Assembly: GCF_963921235.1 (NCBI RefSeq)
Contig: NC_086108.1
Coordinates: 33,854,001-33,918,000 of the forward strand
Direction: 5' to 3'
Source: Mobula hypostoma
Lineage: Eukaryota
DNA length: 64,000 nucleotides
Below, piece by piece: positions 53,649 to 64,000 of the stretch (position 1 is its first letter; each line of letters starts with the position of its first letter). The translations under genes were made by a program, and so were the position numbers. Under the pieces are notes generated by a model. That model had not been told where the DNA came from. It searched no databases and saw nothing but the letters and a program-made list of their open reading frames with translations.

Positions 53649-56139
53649 TACCTCTTCCTAGAGATGCTGCCTGGCCTGCTTTTATGTGTGTTTCTTGGGA
53701 AACTGAAAGGTTTGAAGGTAGATAAGTCACCTGAACCTGATGGTGTACATCCAGGAGTTCTGAAGGAGGTGGCTGAAGAGATAATGAAGGTATAGCTAAT
53801 GATCTTTCAAGAATCACTAATTCTGGAATGGTTCTGGAAGACTGGAAAAATGAAAATGTCACTTCACTCTTCAAGAAGGGAGAGAGGCAGAAGAAAGGAA
53901 ACTATAGGGCAGTTAGTCTGACCTCAGTGGTTGGGAAGATGTTGGAGTCGATAATTAAGGATGAGGTCTCGGGTACTTCATAGCACAAGATAAGAGGCTG
54001 TGGTCATCATGGTTTCCTCAAGGAAAAATGTGATGTTAGCATTCACTTCAAGAGGACTAGAATATTAAAGCAAGTTTGTAATGTTGAGACTTTATAAAGC
54101 ACTGGTGAGGCCTCACTAGGAGTATTGTGAACACTTTTGAGCCCCTAATCTTAGAAAGGTTGTGCTAAAAATGGAGAGGGTTCAAAGGAGGTCCATGAAA
54201 ATGATTCCAGGATTGAATGGCTTGTCATATGAAGAGCGTTTGATAGCTCTGTGCCTGTATTCACTGGAATTCAGAAGAATGAGGGGTGACCTCATTGAAA
54301 CCCACTAAATGGTGAAAAGGCCATGATAGAAATGGATATGGAAAGGATGTTTCCTCTGGTGGGAGAGTCTAAGACCAGAGGACACAGCCTCAGAATAGAG
54401 GAGTGTTCTTTTAGAACGGAGATGACGAGCAATTTCTTTATCCAGAGAGTGGTGAATCTGTGGAATTCTTTGCCACAGGCAGTTGTGGAGGCCAAGTCTT
54501 AGTGTATATTTAAGGCAGTATTTGGTAGATTCTTGATTGGTCAGGGCATAAAGGAATATGGGGAGAAGGCAGGAGATTGTGTCTGAGGGGGAAATTGGAT
54601 CAGCTACGATGAAATGGTGGTGCACTTGACAGGCCAAAAGGCCTAATTCTGCTTCTCTATTTCATGGTCTTGCAACTTGGAGGCCATGTGTTGAAACAGG
54701 ATCTGCGGACACTGGCCACGGACAGATGAGTGGATGAAATGTGAAGGAGCATGAAAGAATATGGCAGCAAATTGGCAATCATACTTACTCAGTGGCAAGT
54801 CAATTGTTTCTGGTCAACCAACTCAGTTTACATGTTGGAATGTGAATTCCTTTGGTTGATTCTCATTTATTTCCCACACTTCTCACCACCTCTTCCCAAA
54901 CAAATCAAAGATGAAATTCCACTGGTTCACTTTTTCTACCCCACCAGCCTTTGTATTCCCCATTTCATCTTTCACTCTTCCCCTAACTCCCTAACTTCAA
55001 TGGAATTCATCTTCCCTAACTACGAATGGGCTGTTCACATTTTGCCTTGTATTAATTTTGTCATATTGCACCCTTTCTGACTTTCTATAGAATTGACTAA
55101 CTTCAGATAATTTGTTTTCTTAATATGTATCAGGTCTACTATAGGTAATCCTTCAGCATTAAAACTTAGTTTTTCTATCTCCGCTAGAACAGCTTAACCT
55201 CCATTTTCTTCAGCTGTGCCTCTGTACTCCTGTGAACTACTTCCAACTTTTCCTGTTTCTATTTATACCTCTGTGGTGTCATCTATGGTGCTATATCTGA
55301 TGGCTGGCGTTGCAGAATTCTTTGCAGATGCAACCATTTGTGGGATTCAGCAGTCCAATAGTCTTACCCCAATAGTTATTAGTATTGTTAAAGAAAGATT
55401 CTGCTGGGGAGAGTTTCAACAGCTTAATGAAGAACATATCTGCTATCCTTCCTTGGTTGCCCATAAATTTGGCTCCTTTGTGATGTCTTTTAGTTTTGCC
55501 CTTTGGCTAAATTGATATTTTACATGTTTCCTCTTGGGCGTGGATTGAACTCATTTGTGGCAATACATGGGTTTGGAGGGTTCCAAAGTGAAAGGAGTTA
55601 TTCTTGGTTAAATTGACACTATATAAATTCAATACACATGCTAAGTGCCTCCCAAGTTTTGAAGCAAGGTCTTCTGTACATTTGGCAGCTTAACATATTG
55701 CATACAAAACAGCTTTAATGGAATTTTAAAAATTGTGAAGTTCTACCAACACCCCCAATATATTCTTCATGTGCAACATTTGCAAATGGAAACAATGAAC
55801 AGACTGTGGCTGGAATAGCAGTCACAGTGACTGATTTTGACTCCTTTGCTTATTTTCTTCAATGCTCAGCAAGTTGAGCAGAATCAGAAAGTGATAAATA
55901 GTTAACATTTTTATCAGAAACAGAAAGTGCTACAGATAAAGCACATTTTAGTTTGCAGAAAAAGTTAAAATTTAAAAAAATCGAAAGCAAGGTTTATTAT
56001 AGAATGGAAGACAAAAGATTAAGTTGTAATATAGACAATTGTTTTGGCAAAAGATGGTGTTAATGGATAAATAATCCATCAAATGGACATAATCTTTAAT
56101 ATGTGTTAATACCAGACAAAATGTAGGGAGCAAGATTAA

Positions 56140-56625
56140 AAACAGGACAAAATCTGCAGATGCTGGAAATCCATGCAAAACACACAAAATGCTGGAGGAA
56201 CACAGCAGGCCAGGCAGCATCAATGGAAAAGAGTATAGTTGACCTTTCAGGCTGAGATTCTTTCATCAAAACGTAAGAAAAACAATGAGATGTCAGAGTT
56301 AGGAGGTGGAGGGAAGGGAGGAAAAACACAGGGTGATAGGTGAAACCAGGTGAGGGGGGGAGGCAAAGTAAAGAGCTGGGAAGTTGATTGGTGAAAGAGA
56401 TACAATCTGGAGAGGAGGGAATCTGATAGGAGAGGACAGAAGGCCGAGGAAGAAAGAAAGAGGGAAAGAGCACCAGTGGGAGGCGACGGGCAGGCAAGGA
56501 GACAAGGTGAGAGGGAAAAGGGAGTGGTGAAGCGGGGTCATCACTGGAAGTTAGAGAAATTGATGTTCATACTATCAGGTTGGAGGCTACCCAGACGGAA
56601 TACTAGATGTCATTCCTCCAACCCT
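56140..56625 (-). mobile_element. Penelope-like 3' end with degenerate hammerhead
   Basis: RLEE..LVFRLGSLQPDSMNINFSNFQ on minus. TTGATGA...GAAAGGTC remnant. Confidence 0.82.
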
Positions 56626-58037
56626 TAATTCTATTTTGACCAGACAACTTAAAGAGATTTTGGTAAATTCTTCTTGTCTTTAACAGCCTGAAGAACTTTG
56701 TTTTCATTCTGCATCTGTTAGCGTTATGAAAGCTGTGATACTAATTTGTGGCTGGCCTCCTAATACAGACTGGGATTGAGGCTGCACCAACAGATTGGCA
56801 GGCACTGTGGAGACCAGTGATCCCCAGGTCACCGAACCTTGAGTTGGAGTTCCCTACTGTTGAGTGTCATAAAGGCCAGTGACCCTTCCCCAACCTCCAG
56901 TGACCGAATGGAGGTCAGTGTGAGGCTTGAGGCACTCCACGGTGGAAGGTCAATGATCTCAGAGGTCAGGGTCGAGGCCCAAAGGTCAAACCATAACTGG
57001 TGAGTCCCGGGATTGATGCATAAAGGTCAGTGAAGTCTGGAGAGCAAAATTGAAGGTTGAAGTCCAGAGCTCAGTGAGTTTGGACATAGAAAACTCGGAA
57101 GGTTGAAGACTGAAGTCCGTGAGTCTGAGCCCGAGAATGGAGGTTGGAAGTCAGATGTCTGAGTCTGAGAGTCTGGGGCTAAGGATTGGAGGCCCAGAGG
57201 CAGCCTGTCCTGTAGTTAGAGGCCTGTGTGTGAGGGTGGGAAAGGGGCTTGCTTTGTTTTGTTGTTGTTGCTGCTTGTGTTGTCGTGTTGGACATTGTTG
57301 GCATAGTATGTTGGAACCATAATGTTTGACAACTCTTGGTTGTCCCCCAGCACATCATTGTGATCCTCAGCGGCTGTGCAAGGGCACTTGGTGAGGGACG
57401 GTACAGGTGGAGGCATGATCAGGTCCTGAAGACCATCGCTGAAGCCGTCAGCGCAGGAGTTGAGTGGGCGAAGCAGTCCCGACCCTCCAAGCAGACCATT
57501 GCCTTTGTCAGAGCTGGGGAGCAGCCAATACCTGCCAAAAGAACATCTGCAGGCATTCTGACCTCTGCAAGGGACTGGCAGCTGTTGGTGGACCTCGAAG
57601 GGCAGCTGAAGTTCCCCAACCATATCGCAGCCATCACCCTGCGACCAGACATTGTCCTAGTGTCTGAGTCTACTAAGCAAGTGGTGCTGCTGGAGCTGAC
57701 AGTCCCATGGGAAGATAGCTTGGAAGAGGCCTTTGAAAGAAAGCTCTCCAAGTACGCAGGACTGGTCAGCAACTGTCAGCAGGATGGATGGAGAGTGAGG
57801 TGTCTCCCAGTGGAGGTTGGTTGTAGGGGATTTGTAGCCCATTCTTTAGTTAGAGCCTTCAGCATTTTGGGCATTGAGGGAGAGAGGAAGAGGAGAGCCA
57901 TCCGCAGTACCACCGATGTGGCAGAGAGGGCCTCAAGATGGCTGTGGCTCAAAGGAGGGGAGCCATAGAGTCACAAGTAGCTAGCCATCTGGACACAAGC
58001 TGGGGTCTGATCAGCCCCGGCTGGATCACCTGGAGGA

Positions 58038-58101
58038 GGTTGTATGATGTTGAAAGACCCGAAACACCCAATGATTCCAGGAACATCACTGAAGACGTGT
58101 C
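58038..58101 (+). ncRNA. Candidate non-canonically permuted hammerhead-like RNA (copy 1)
   Basis: GUA at 58042-44, stem I 58045-51/58082-88 (7/7), CUGAAGA 58089-95, GAAA 58061-64, stem III 5/6 pairs. Confidence 0.55.
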
Positions 58102-58299
58102 CAGAAGCATCAATAGATGTTTGTACACAGCTTACACCCTGAGTTCATCAGTGACAACCAGGAAAGACTGGGTGACAACCGCGAAAAGAGTGGTGACGAC
58201 TGGAGAGTCAGTGACAGCCCGGAGAGACGGCAACTGGGGCAGAACGGGCTGGCAACCCAATCTGTGTCCTCTGAGACGAGGACCCCCACAAAAGCTACA

Positions 58300-60438
58300 A
58301 TGAATCTAAGGGAAAGATACCCCCAGGGGTGCCCGAGAGGTGGGGAGGATGAGCACCTCAGTCAGATGGACACAATGACATCAGACCCAGGCAATGAACA
58401 AACGACAATGAGGAAGCAGTGTGCATGTGGCATAATCTGCAAGAACAATCGCGGCTTGAAGATCCACCAAGTGAGGATGAAGTGCTTGGTGGGAGCAGGA
58501 GCAGCACAACGCGCAGGTGTCCAACCTGGTGAGACGAAGGAAGGGCCAGGCCTGGAGTCACCCCATAGTGTCCGGAACCTCCAAGTGTTGCAAACTAATC
58601 CCTCGAACATGAAGTCTAACAGGAGGCGGATCAAATGGCCTGCAGCTAACATGACTTCACTGTGAAAGCAGCTTAATGAAGATGTTAACCAAATTCTGGA
58701 GGCAATGGCAAAGGGAGGGGTTGATAGGAAGCTGCAAACCATGACAACAATTATTGTTAGTATCGCAGCTGAACGGTTCGGAGAAGAGGTGAAGGAAGGC
58801 TCCAAAACATCTTACTCGAAGAACCAAAGAGCATTGAGGATCCACAACATCAGGCAGGAGATGAAAGCGCTGGAGTCCCAATACAAGGAGGCAGGAGAAG
58901 AGGAGCGCATTGGCTTGGCCCAGCTGATGTGCATACTACAAAAGAAGATCAGGGTCCTCTGCCGGGCAGAGTGGCATCGGAGGCGTCGTCGTGAAAGGGC
59001 CCGAAAACGTGCTGCCTTTATCGCCAACCCCTTCAAGTTCACCAAGGAGTTGCTGGGGGAGAAGCGCAGTGGGAAACTGACCTGTTCACATGAAAACATA
59101 GACCAACAGCTGAAGAAGATATACAATGATTCTGAAAGAGAGCAGGAGTTGGGAGAGTGCGACATCCTAATAGACCCACCTGAATCGGATGTGCAGTTCG
59201 ACGTGTCAGAGCTGCAACTAAAGGAAGTCAGAGAGATCGTCTGCAAAGCAAGGGCAAGCTCGGCTCCCGGACCAAGCAACACCTCGTACAAAGTGGACAA
59301 GAACTGCCCCAAACTCCTGCTGCGTCTGTGGAAGTTCCTGAGAATCTTCTGGAGAAGGAGGAAGATCCCAGAACAGTGAAGAGTAGCTGAAGGGGTGTGG
59401 ATCCCGAAGGAGGAAAATGCCACCCAGATAGATCAGTTCCACATCATCTCCCTGCTGTGTGTCGAGGTGAAGATCTTCTTCAGTGCAGTTTCCAACTGGT
59501 TGTGCACCTACCTGGCAAAGAACACCTATATTGATACATCAGTCCAGAAGGGTGGCATTTCAGGGATGCCGGGCTGTCTGGAGCACATTGGTGTGGTGAC
59601 ACAGCTCATCAGGGAGGCCAGAGAGAACAAGGGCAACCTGTCAGTGTTGCGGCTCGACCTGGCAAATGCATATGGCTCCATTCCGCACAAGCTGGTGCAG
59701 CTCACACTGACCAAATATCACGTCCCCAGCAGAATCAGAGACCTTATCGCTGATTATTACAGCAACTTCAGGATGAGCGTCTCTTCAGGAGCAATTACAT
59801 CAACCTGGCACAAGGTGGAGGTCAGCATCATCACAGGGTGCACTATCTCAGTGACACTGTTCTCCCTAGCCATGAACATGCTCACTAAGTCTGCTGAACC
59901 AGAGTGCAGAGGGCCCAGAATGAATTCCGCTCAATGGCAGCCACCTATCAGGGCATTCATGGATGACCTCACAGTCACCACAGAATCAGTCCCAGGCTGC
60001 CGGAGGATTCTGCAGGGGCTCAAAAAGCTGGTGGAGTGGGCCCAGATGCATTTCAAACCTGCTAAATCAAGATCGATGGTGCTGAGGAAAGGGAAGGTGG
60101 AGAACAAGTTCTGGTTCAGCATCGCAGGCACAGCCATCCCAACCATCACAGAAAAGCCAGTCAAGACCTTAGGCAAAGTTTTTGACAGATCTTTAAGGGA
60201 CACAACATCCATTCAGGCAACCTGCACCAAGTTGGATGGCTGGCTGAAATCTGTGGATAAGTCTGACCTACTTGGGAAGTTTAAAGCCTGGGTGTATCAG
60301 CATGGCATTCTTCCCAGAATCCTGTGGCCCCTCCTCGTCTATGCAGTTCCGATCTCGACAGTCGAAACCTTAGAGAGGAGGGTTAGTAACCACCTCAGGA
60401 GATGGCTGGGGCTGCCAAAGAGCCTGAGCAGCATCGCA
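58300..60438 (+). pseudogene. Hero-like ORF (ZF + RT) with two in-frame TGA stops and a 3' internal deletion
   Basis: ORFs 58117-58665, 58705-59379 and 59395-60468 share one frame. Stops at 58663 and 59377. The sequence jumps to the element's last codons at 60439. Confidence 0.85.
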
Positions 60439-60668
60439 CAGTGGAGGTTGGTTGTAGGGGATTCGTAGCCCATTCTTTAGTTAGAGCCTTCAGCATTTTG
60501 GGCATCGAGGGAGAGAGGAAGAGGAGAGCCATCCGCAGTACCACCGATACGGCAGAGAGGGCCTCAAGATGGCTGTGGCTCAAAAGAGGGGAGCCATAGA
60601 GTCACAAGTAGCTAGCCATCTGGACACAAGCTGGGGTCTGATCAGCCCCGGCTGGGTCACATGGAGGA

Positions 60669-60732
60669 GGTTGTATGATGTTGAAAGACCCGAAACACCC
60701 GATGATTCCAGGAACATCACTGAAGATGTGTC
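60669..60732 (+). ncRNA. Candidate non-canonically permuted hammerhead-like RNA (copy 2)
   Basis: Same core elements at offset +2631: GUA 60673-75, GAAA 60692-95, CUGAAGA 60720-26. Confidence 0.55.
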
Positions 60733-61069
60733 CAGAAGCATCAATAGATGTATGTACACGGTGTATTGGTTGTTAATGCAAATGACACATTTCACTGTGC
60801 ATTTTGATGTATGTGTGATAAATGATTCTGAATCATTATTTCAATCCTAATCTTCATCTTCCACAATATGGAAAATGTTGGATCCCTTTCCATGTATCAA
60901 AAGCAACCACTATTGAAGGCAGCTATCAATGTCAAATATATTACTGACTCCAGTGATCCACCAGTCTTTGGTCATCGAAGGAGAACAGATCTGAGTCTAG
61001 GATTGTCTGGTATTTGTTAAGCAGCAGTAATACCAGATTTCCTGTATGCTTTGGACATGAGATGACCCA

Positions 61070-61720
61070 CAGAGATAGGAGTTAAGTGGAGGCAAGTTCC
61101 AGGTTAACTTGCAGGTTGAGTCGGTGGTAAGAAAGAGGACTAGAATATAAGAGAGGATGTAATACTGAGGCTTTATAAGACATTGGTCAGACTGCACTTG
61201 GAGTATTGTGAGCAGTTTTAGGCCATTGATCTAAGAGACAATGTTTTGGGATTGGAAAGGTTCCAGAGGGGAGTCACAAGAATGATTCTGGGAATGAAAG
61301 GGTTATCGTATGAGAAAAGTTTGATGGCTCTGGCCCTGAACTCACTGGAATTTAGAAGAATGAATGAGGAATCTCATTGAAGCCTATCGAATGTTGAAAG
61401 GTGAAGATAGAGTGGATGTGGAGAGGTTGTTCACTACGGTGCGAGAGTCTAGGACCAGAGAGCACAGCCTCAGAATAGAGAGGTGTCCATTTAGAAAAGT
61501 AATGAGGAGGAATTTCTTGAGCCAGAGGTTGGTAAATCTGTGGAATTTGTTGTCACAAGTGGCTGTGGAGGCCAGGTCATTGGGTATACTTAAGGCCGAG
61601 GTTGGTCAGTTCTTGATTAGGGCGTTAAGGCTACGGGGAGTAGGCAGGAGAATAGGTATACAAGGGAAAATGGATTAGCCATGATCTAATTCTCCTACTA
61701 TCTCTTATGGTATCTTGTAT
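61070..61720 (+). mobile_element. CR1 3' fragment
   Basis: HLEYCEQF, SRTREHSLRI, RLVNLWNLL. Confidence 0.85.
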
Positions 61721-61729
61721 GGATTCTAC

Positions 61730-63020
61730 AAATTCCTTCTCTTGGGATTCAGCACCAACCTAATTTTTCCATTTTACTTGCATATTGAAATCCTTCATAA
61801 TGATTGTAACATTGTCCTTTTTACATGCTTTTTCTATCTCCATTTGTAATTTGTGCCCCACACCCTGCCTAATATATAGGCCTCTGAATAGCACTCCGGT
61901 CTGGGTCTTTTTGTCCTTCCAGTTTCTTAACTCTACCCACAAGGATTCTACACCTTCTGATCCTGTGTCACTATTTTCAAAGAATTCAATTTCTTATTTT
62001 TAAAAAAACTAATCAAACCACCTTGTCCACCTGTCTGTCCTTTTGATGTGGTCTATATCCGCACAGAAGCGTAATGGTTAGCTGTAAAGTGTTAACTTTA
62101 CAGCACTGGCGACCCAGGTTTGATTTCCTCCACTGTCTATAAGGAATTTGTACGTTCTCTCTGTGACTGCATGGGTTTCCCCGGGCACTCCAAAGACGTA
62201 TAGCTTCATAGCTGAATTGGACTGCGTGGGCTTGTTGGGCCAGAAGGGCCAATTACCGTGCTGTATCTTGAAATAAATAAATCTTTGGGTATTACTCTCT
62301 GAACTGTGATCTTCCTTTAACCACCACTCAGTGATGCCCACAGTTACTAATTTAACTGTGCTTCAAAATTATTTATTAACATGTACTGCACATTTTCGTA
62401 TATAGCACAAAGTCCAGTATTCATCACTCTTTTCAATTTTGTCTCCACGTTGTCTGAAATTAAACTCTCATCTCTTTCTGAACTTTGTCTTATTCTTTAT
62501 TTTAGAGAGTTCTGTTACCTCTCCTGCACTCTCCTACCCTTTTACTTTATTGATACTTTTCCAGGTTATTTAACCAACCCCTCCAACTATTAGGTTCAAA
62601 GCCCTATGGACAGCTCTAGGTAGGCAATTCATCAGGATCCCGTTCCCAGCATGGTCCATCCACCAGAACAGCAACTTCGTTCCAGAATACTGGTGCCAAT
62701 CTCCCATGAATTCAAACCCACCTCTCCCACACCAATGTTTGAGCCATGTATCTAGCCCTGAACTTCTTCACCCTGTGCCACTTTCCATATGGCTCAGGTG
62801 ATCATCTAGAGATTTCCTTTTTGATTCGCCATTTTAATTTACTCCCTAGCTGCTCAAATTCCCTTGGCAGAGCCTCAGTCCTTGTTCTTCCTCTGTTGAT
62901 GGGACCCACATGTTCCATTACAACTGGATCTTTCCTCTCCCACTCCAAATTCTTCTGTAGGTGAGATGAGATGTCCCAAGCACCAGGCAAGCAACCCAGC
63001 CTTTGGGACTGTCGATCCTT
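61730..63020 (-). mobile_element. CR1 5' fragment (ORF1 + endonuclease), with an HE1-type SINE on plus at ~62062-62282
   Basis: CLPGA, EHVGPIN, GITEWWL, WVELRN, KDFN. SINE has B box GGTTTGATTTCC and an (AAAT)n tail. Confidence 0.8.
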
Positions 63021-63081
63021 GCAACAGAGAAGTGTGTCTCTAACTGACTATAGTATCCCGAAATAAACCACATTTTCTTTC

Positions 63082-63856
63082 TGTTACGTAACCGGCAACA
63101 ATGAATATCAATCGAGACAGGTTATATAAAAACAGCCAAACATTTATTTAACCTGGATAAACGATAAGGAAAAAAACGAACGAAAACTTTAACCGGAAGT
63201 TAACCACTATGCGGCCGTTCAACACCTCGTCACTCAGCACTAGTTCTTAAAGTGTTAAATACGAAAACAGTTCTTAAATCGATACAGTCAGATATAGTTC
63301 TTAAAGTGATAAATTCGAAAGTCCAACAGATTTATACGTTCAATTGGGGAGAGACTTCACTGGAGAAGGATTTCTTCATAGACGTGACTTTCCTACTGGT
63401 TCTGTCCAAAGGATTCATGATGCTGAAAATAAACAGTTTAAAACAACTGACCTTAAATTCTTTTAGAGAGACAGAGCAAACATTTGTATGAACTCTTTTC
63501 TCTTTTTGGCAAGAGTTATCCCCGATGCAGGTCGCTACTCCTCCAACGAAAACTCAACAAGGTCGATCCTTTATTAAACTGCCAAATGATGCCGACTCCT
63601 CTCGATCCTTTGGTTCTGTACTTTGACAAATTCTTCACTCTTCCTTCTACGGTTGGAATTGAGTAAATCAGCACATCTAGCTAACAATTCCCAGTCCAAT
63701 AATATGGTATCTTGCAACTGAGCGCAACGCACTGTTTTAAAAATGAAACTGCATCACAAAAACAAACATGCAACAGAAATGGAGACACAGCACATTCTAC
63801 CCAGAAATCTATAAACTAAAAAACCAACTGCGTCATCCGAGGTCGACCCTTGTATA
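63082..63856 (-). mobile_element. Probable LTR (incomplete in window)
   Basis: Starts with TGTTACG. AATAAA on the minus strand near 63143. CpG-rich and non-coding. Confidence 0.45.
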
Positions 63857-64000
63857 CAGGTGTCCCCCGCTTTTCGAACGTTCGCTTTACGAAACCTCAC
63901 TGTTATGAAAGACCTACATTAGTACCCTGTTTTCACTTTCAGAAGGTGTTTTCACTGTTACAAAGAAAGGCAGCGCACGATAAAAGGCAGCGCGCACCCC
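63857..64000. mobile_element. Tigger/pogo-like DNA transposon end
   Basis: TA target followed by CAGGTGTCCCCCGCTTTTCGAACGTTCGCTTTACG, a pogo-type TIR. Runs off the window. Confidence 0.6.

Larger units (their letters stand above)
52350..53691 (+). mobile_element. Penelope-like element 3' fragment (GIY-YIG endonuclease + hammerhead)
   Basis: VPLVLTYHP, GVIYCIRCSRCSLLYIGET, HFN, LEEQHLIFRLGSLQPDGMN. Near-exact TSD ttcttggg(g)aaac (52337-52349, 53692-53703). Confidence 0.92.
49770..54670 (+). mobile_element. Long decayed CR1 LINE (ORF1 zinc finger/esterase + ORF2), interrupted at 52350-53691
   Basis: GDSLVRG, VCCLLGARVQD, VVHVSTND (SGNH-like ORF1); YFNARS, GDFN, NYRAVSLTSVVGK; 3' tail near 54670. 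Confidence 0.9.
57363..60759 (+). mobile_element. Hero-like (R2-group, RLE) non-LTR retrotransposon in partial tandem arrangement
   Basis: 57363-57968: RLE domain (RWRHDQVL, RPDIV, LLELTVPWE, KLSKY). 58300-60438: zinc finger CACG..C...GLKIH and RT (QKGG, DLANAYGS, TGCTIS, FMDD). About 320-bp direct repeat 57808-58128 / 60439-60759. Confidence 0.88.

Overview
Eukaryotic (vertebrate) genomic DNA, most likely a cartilaginous fish (ray/shark), inferred from the HE1-type SINEs and the CR1/Rex1/Penelope repeat landscape. The only host gene I can support is UAP1 (UDP-N-acetylhexosamine pyrophosphorylase) on the minus strand. It has four in-phase coding exons (28080-27783, 12883-12679, 9020-8845, 8277-8105; 284 codons) and starts in a CpG island; the remaining exons are probably left of position 1. 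The rest is dense, often nested, decayed transposons: CR1, Rex1/Babar, Nimb/I-like, RTE/RTEX, Penelope-like elements, a Hero-like restriction-endonuclease (RLE) retrotransposon, Tc1 and Tigger-like DNA elements, SINEs and solo LTRs. The most unusual signal is in the duplicated terminal repeat of the Hero-like element. It contains all hammerhead ribozyme core elements in exact register (GUA site, 7-bp stem I, CUGAAGA, GAAA, stem III), but in a strand order that fits none of the type I/II/III permutations. Penelope minimal hammerheads and tiny TSD-flanked fold-back insertions are also present. Repeat family names come from motif recognition, not database searches, and most repeat boundaries are approximate.
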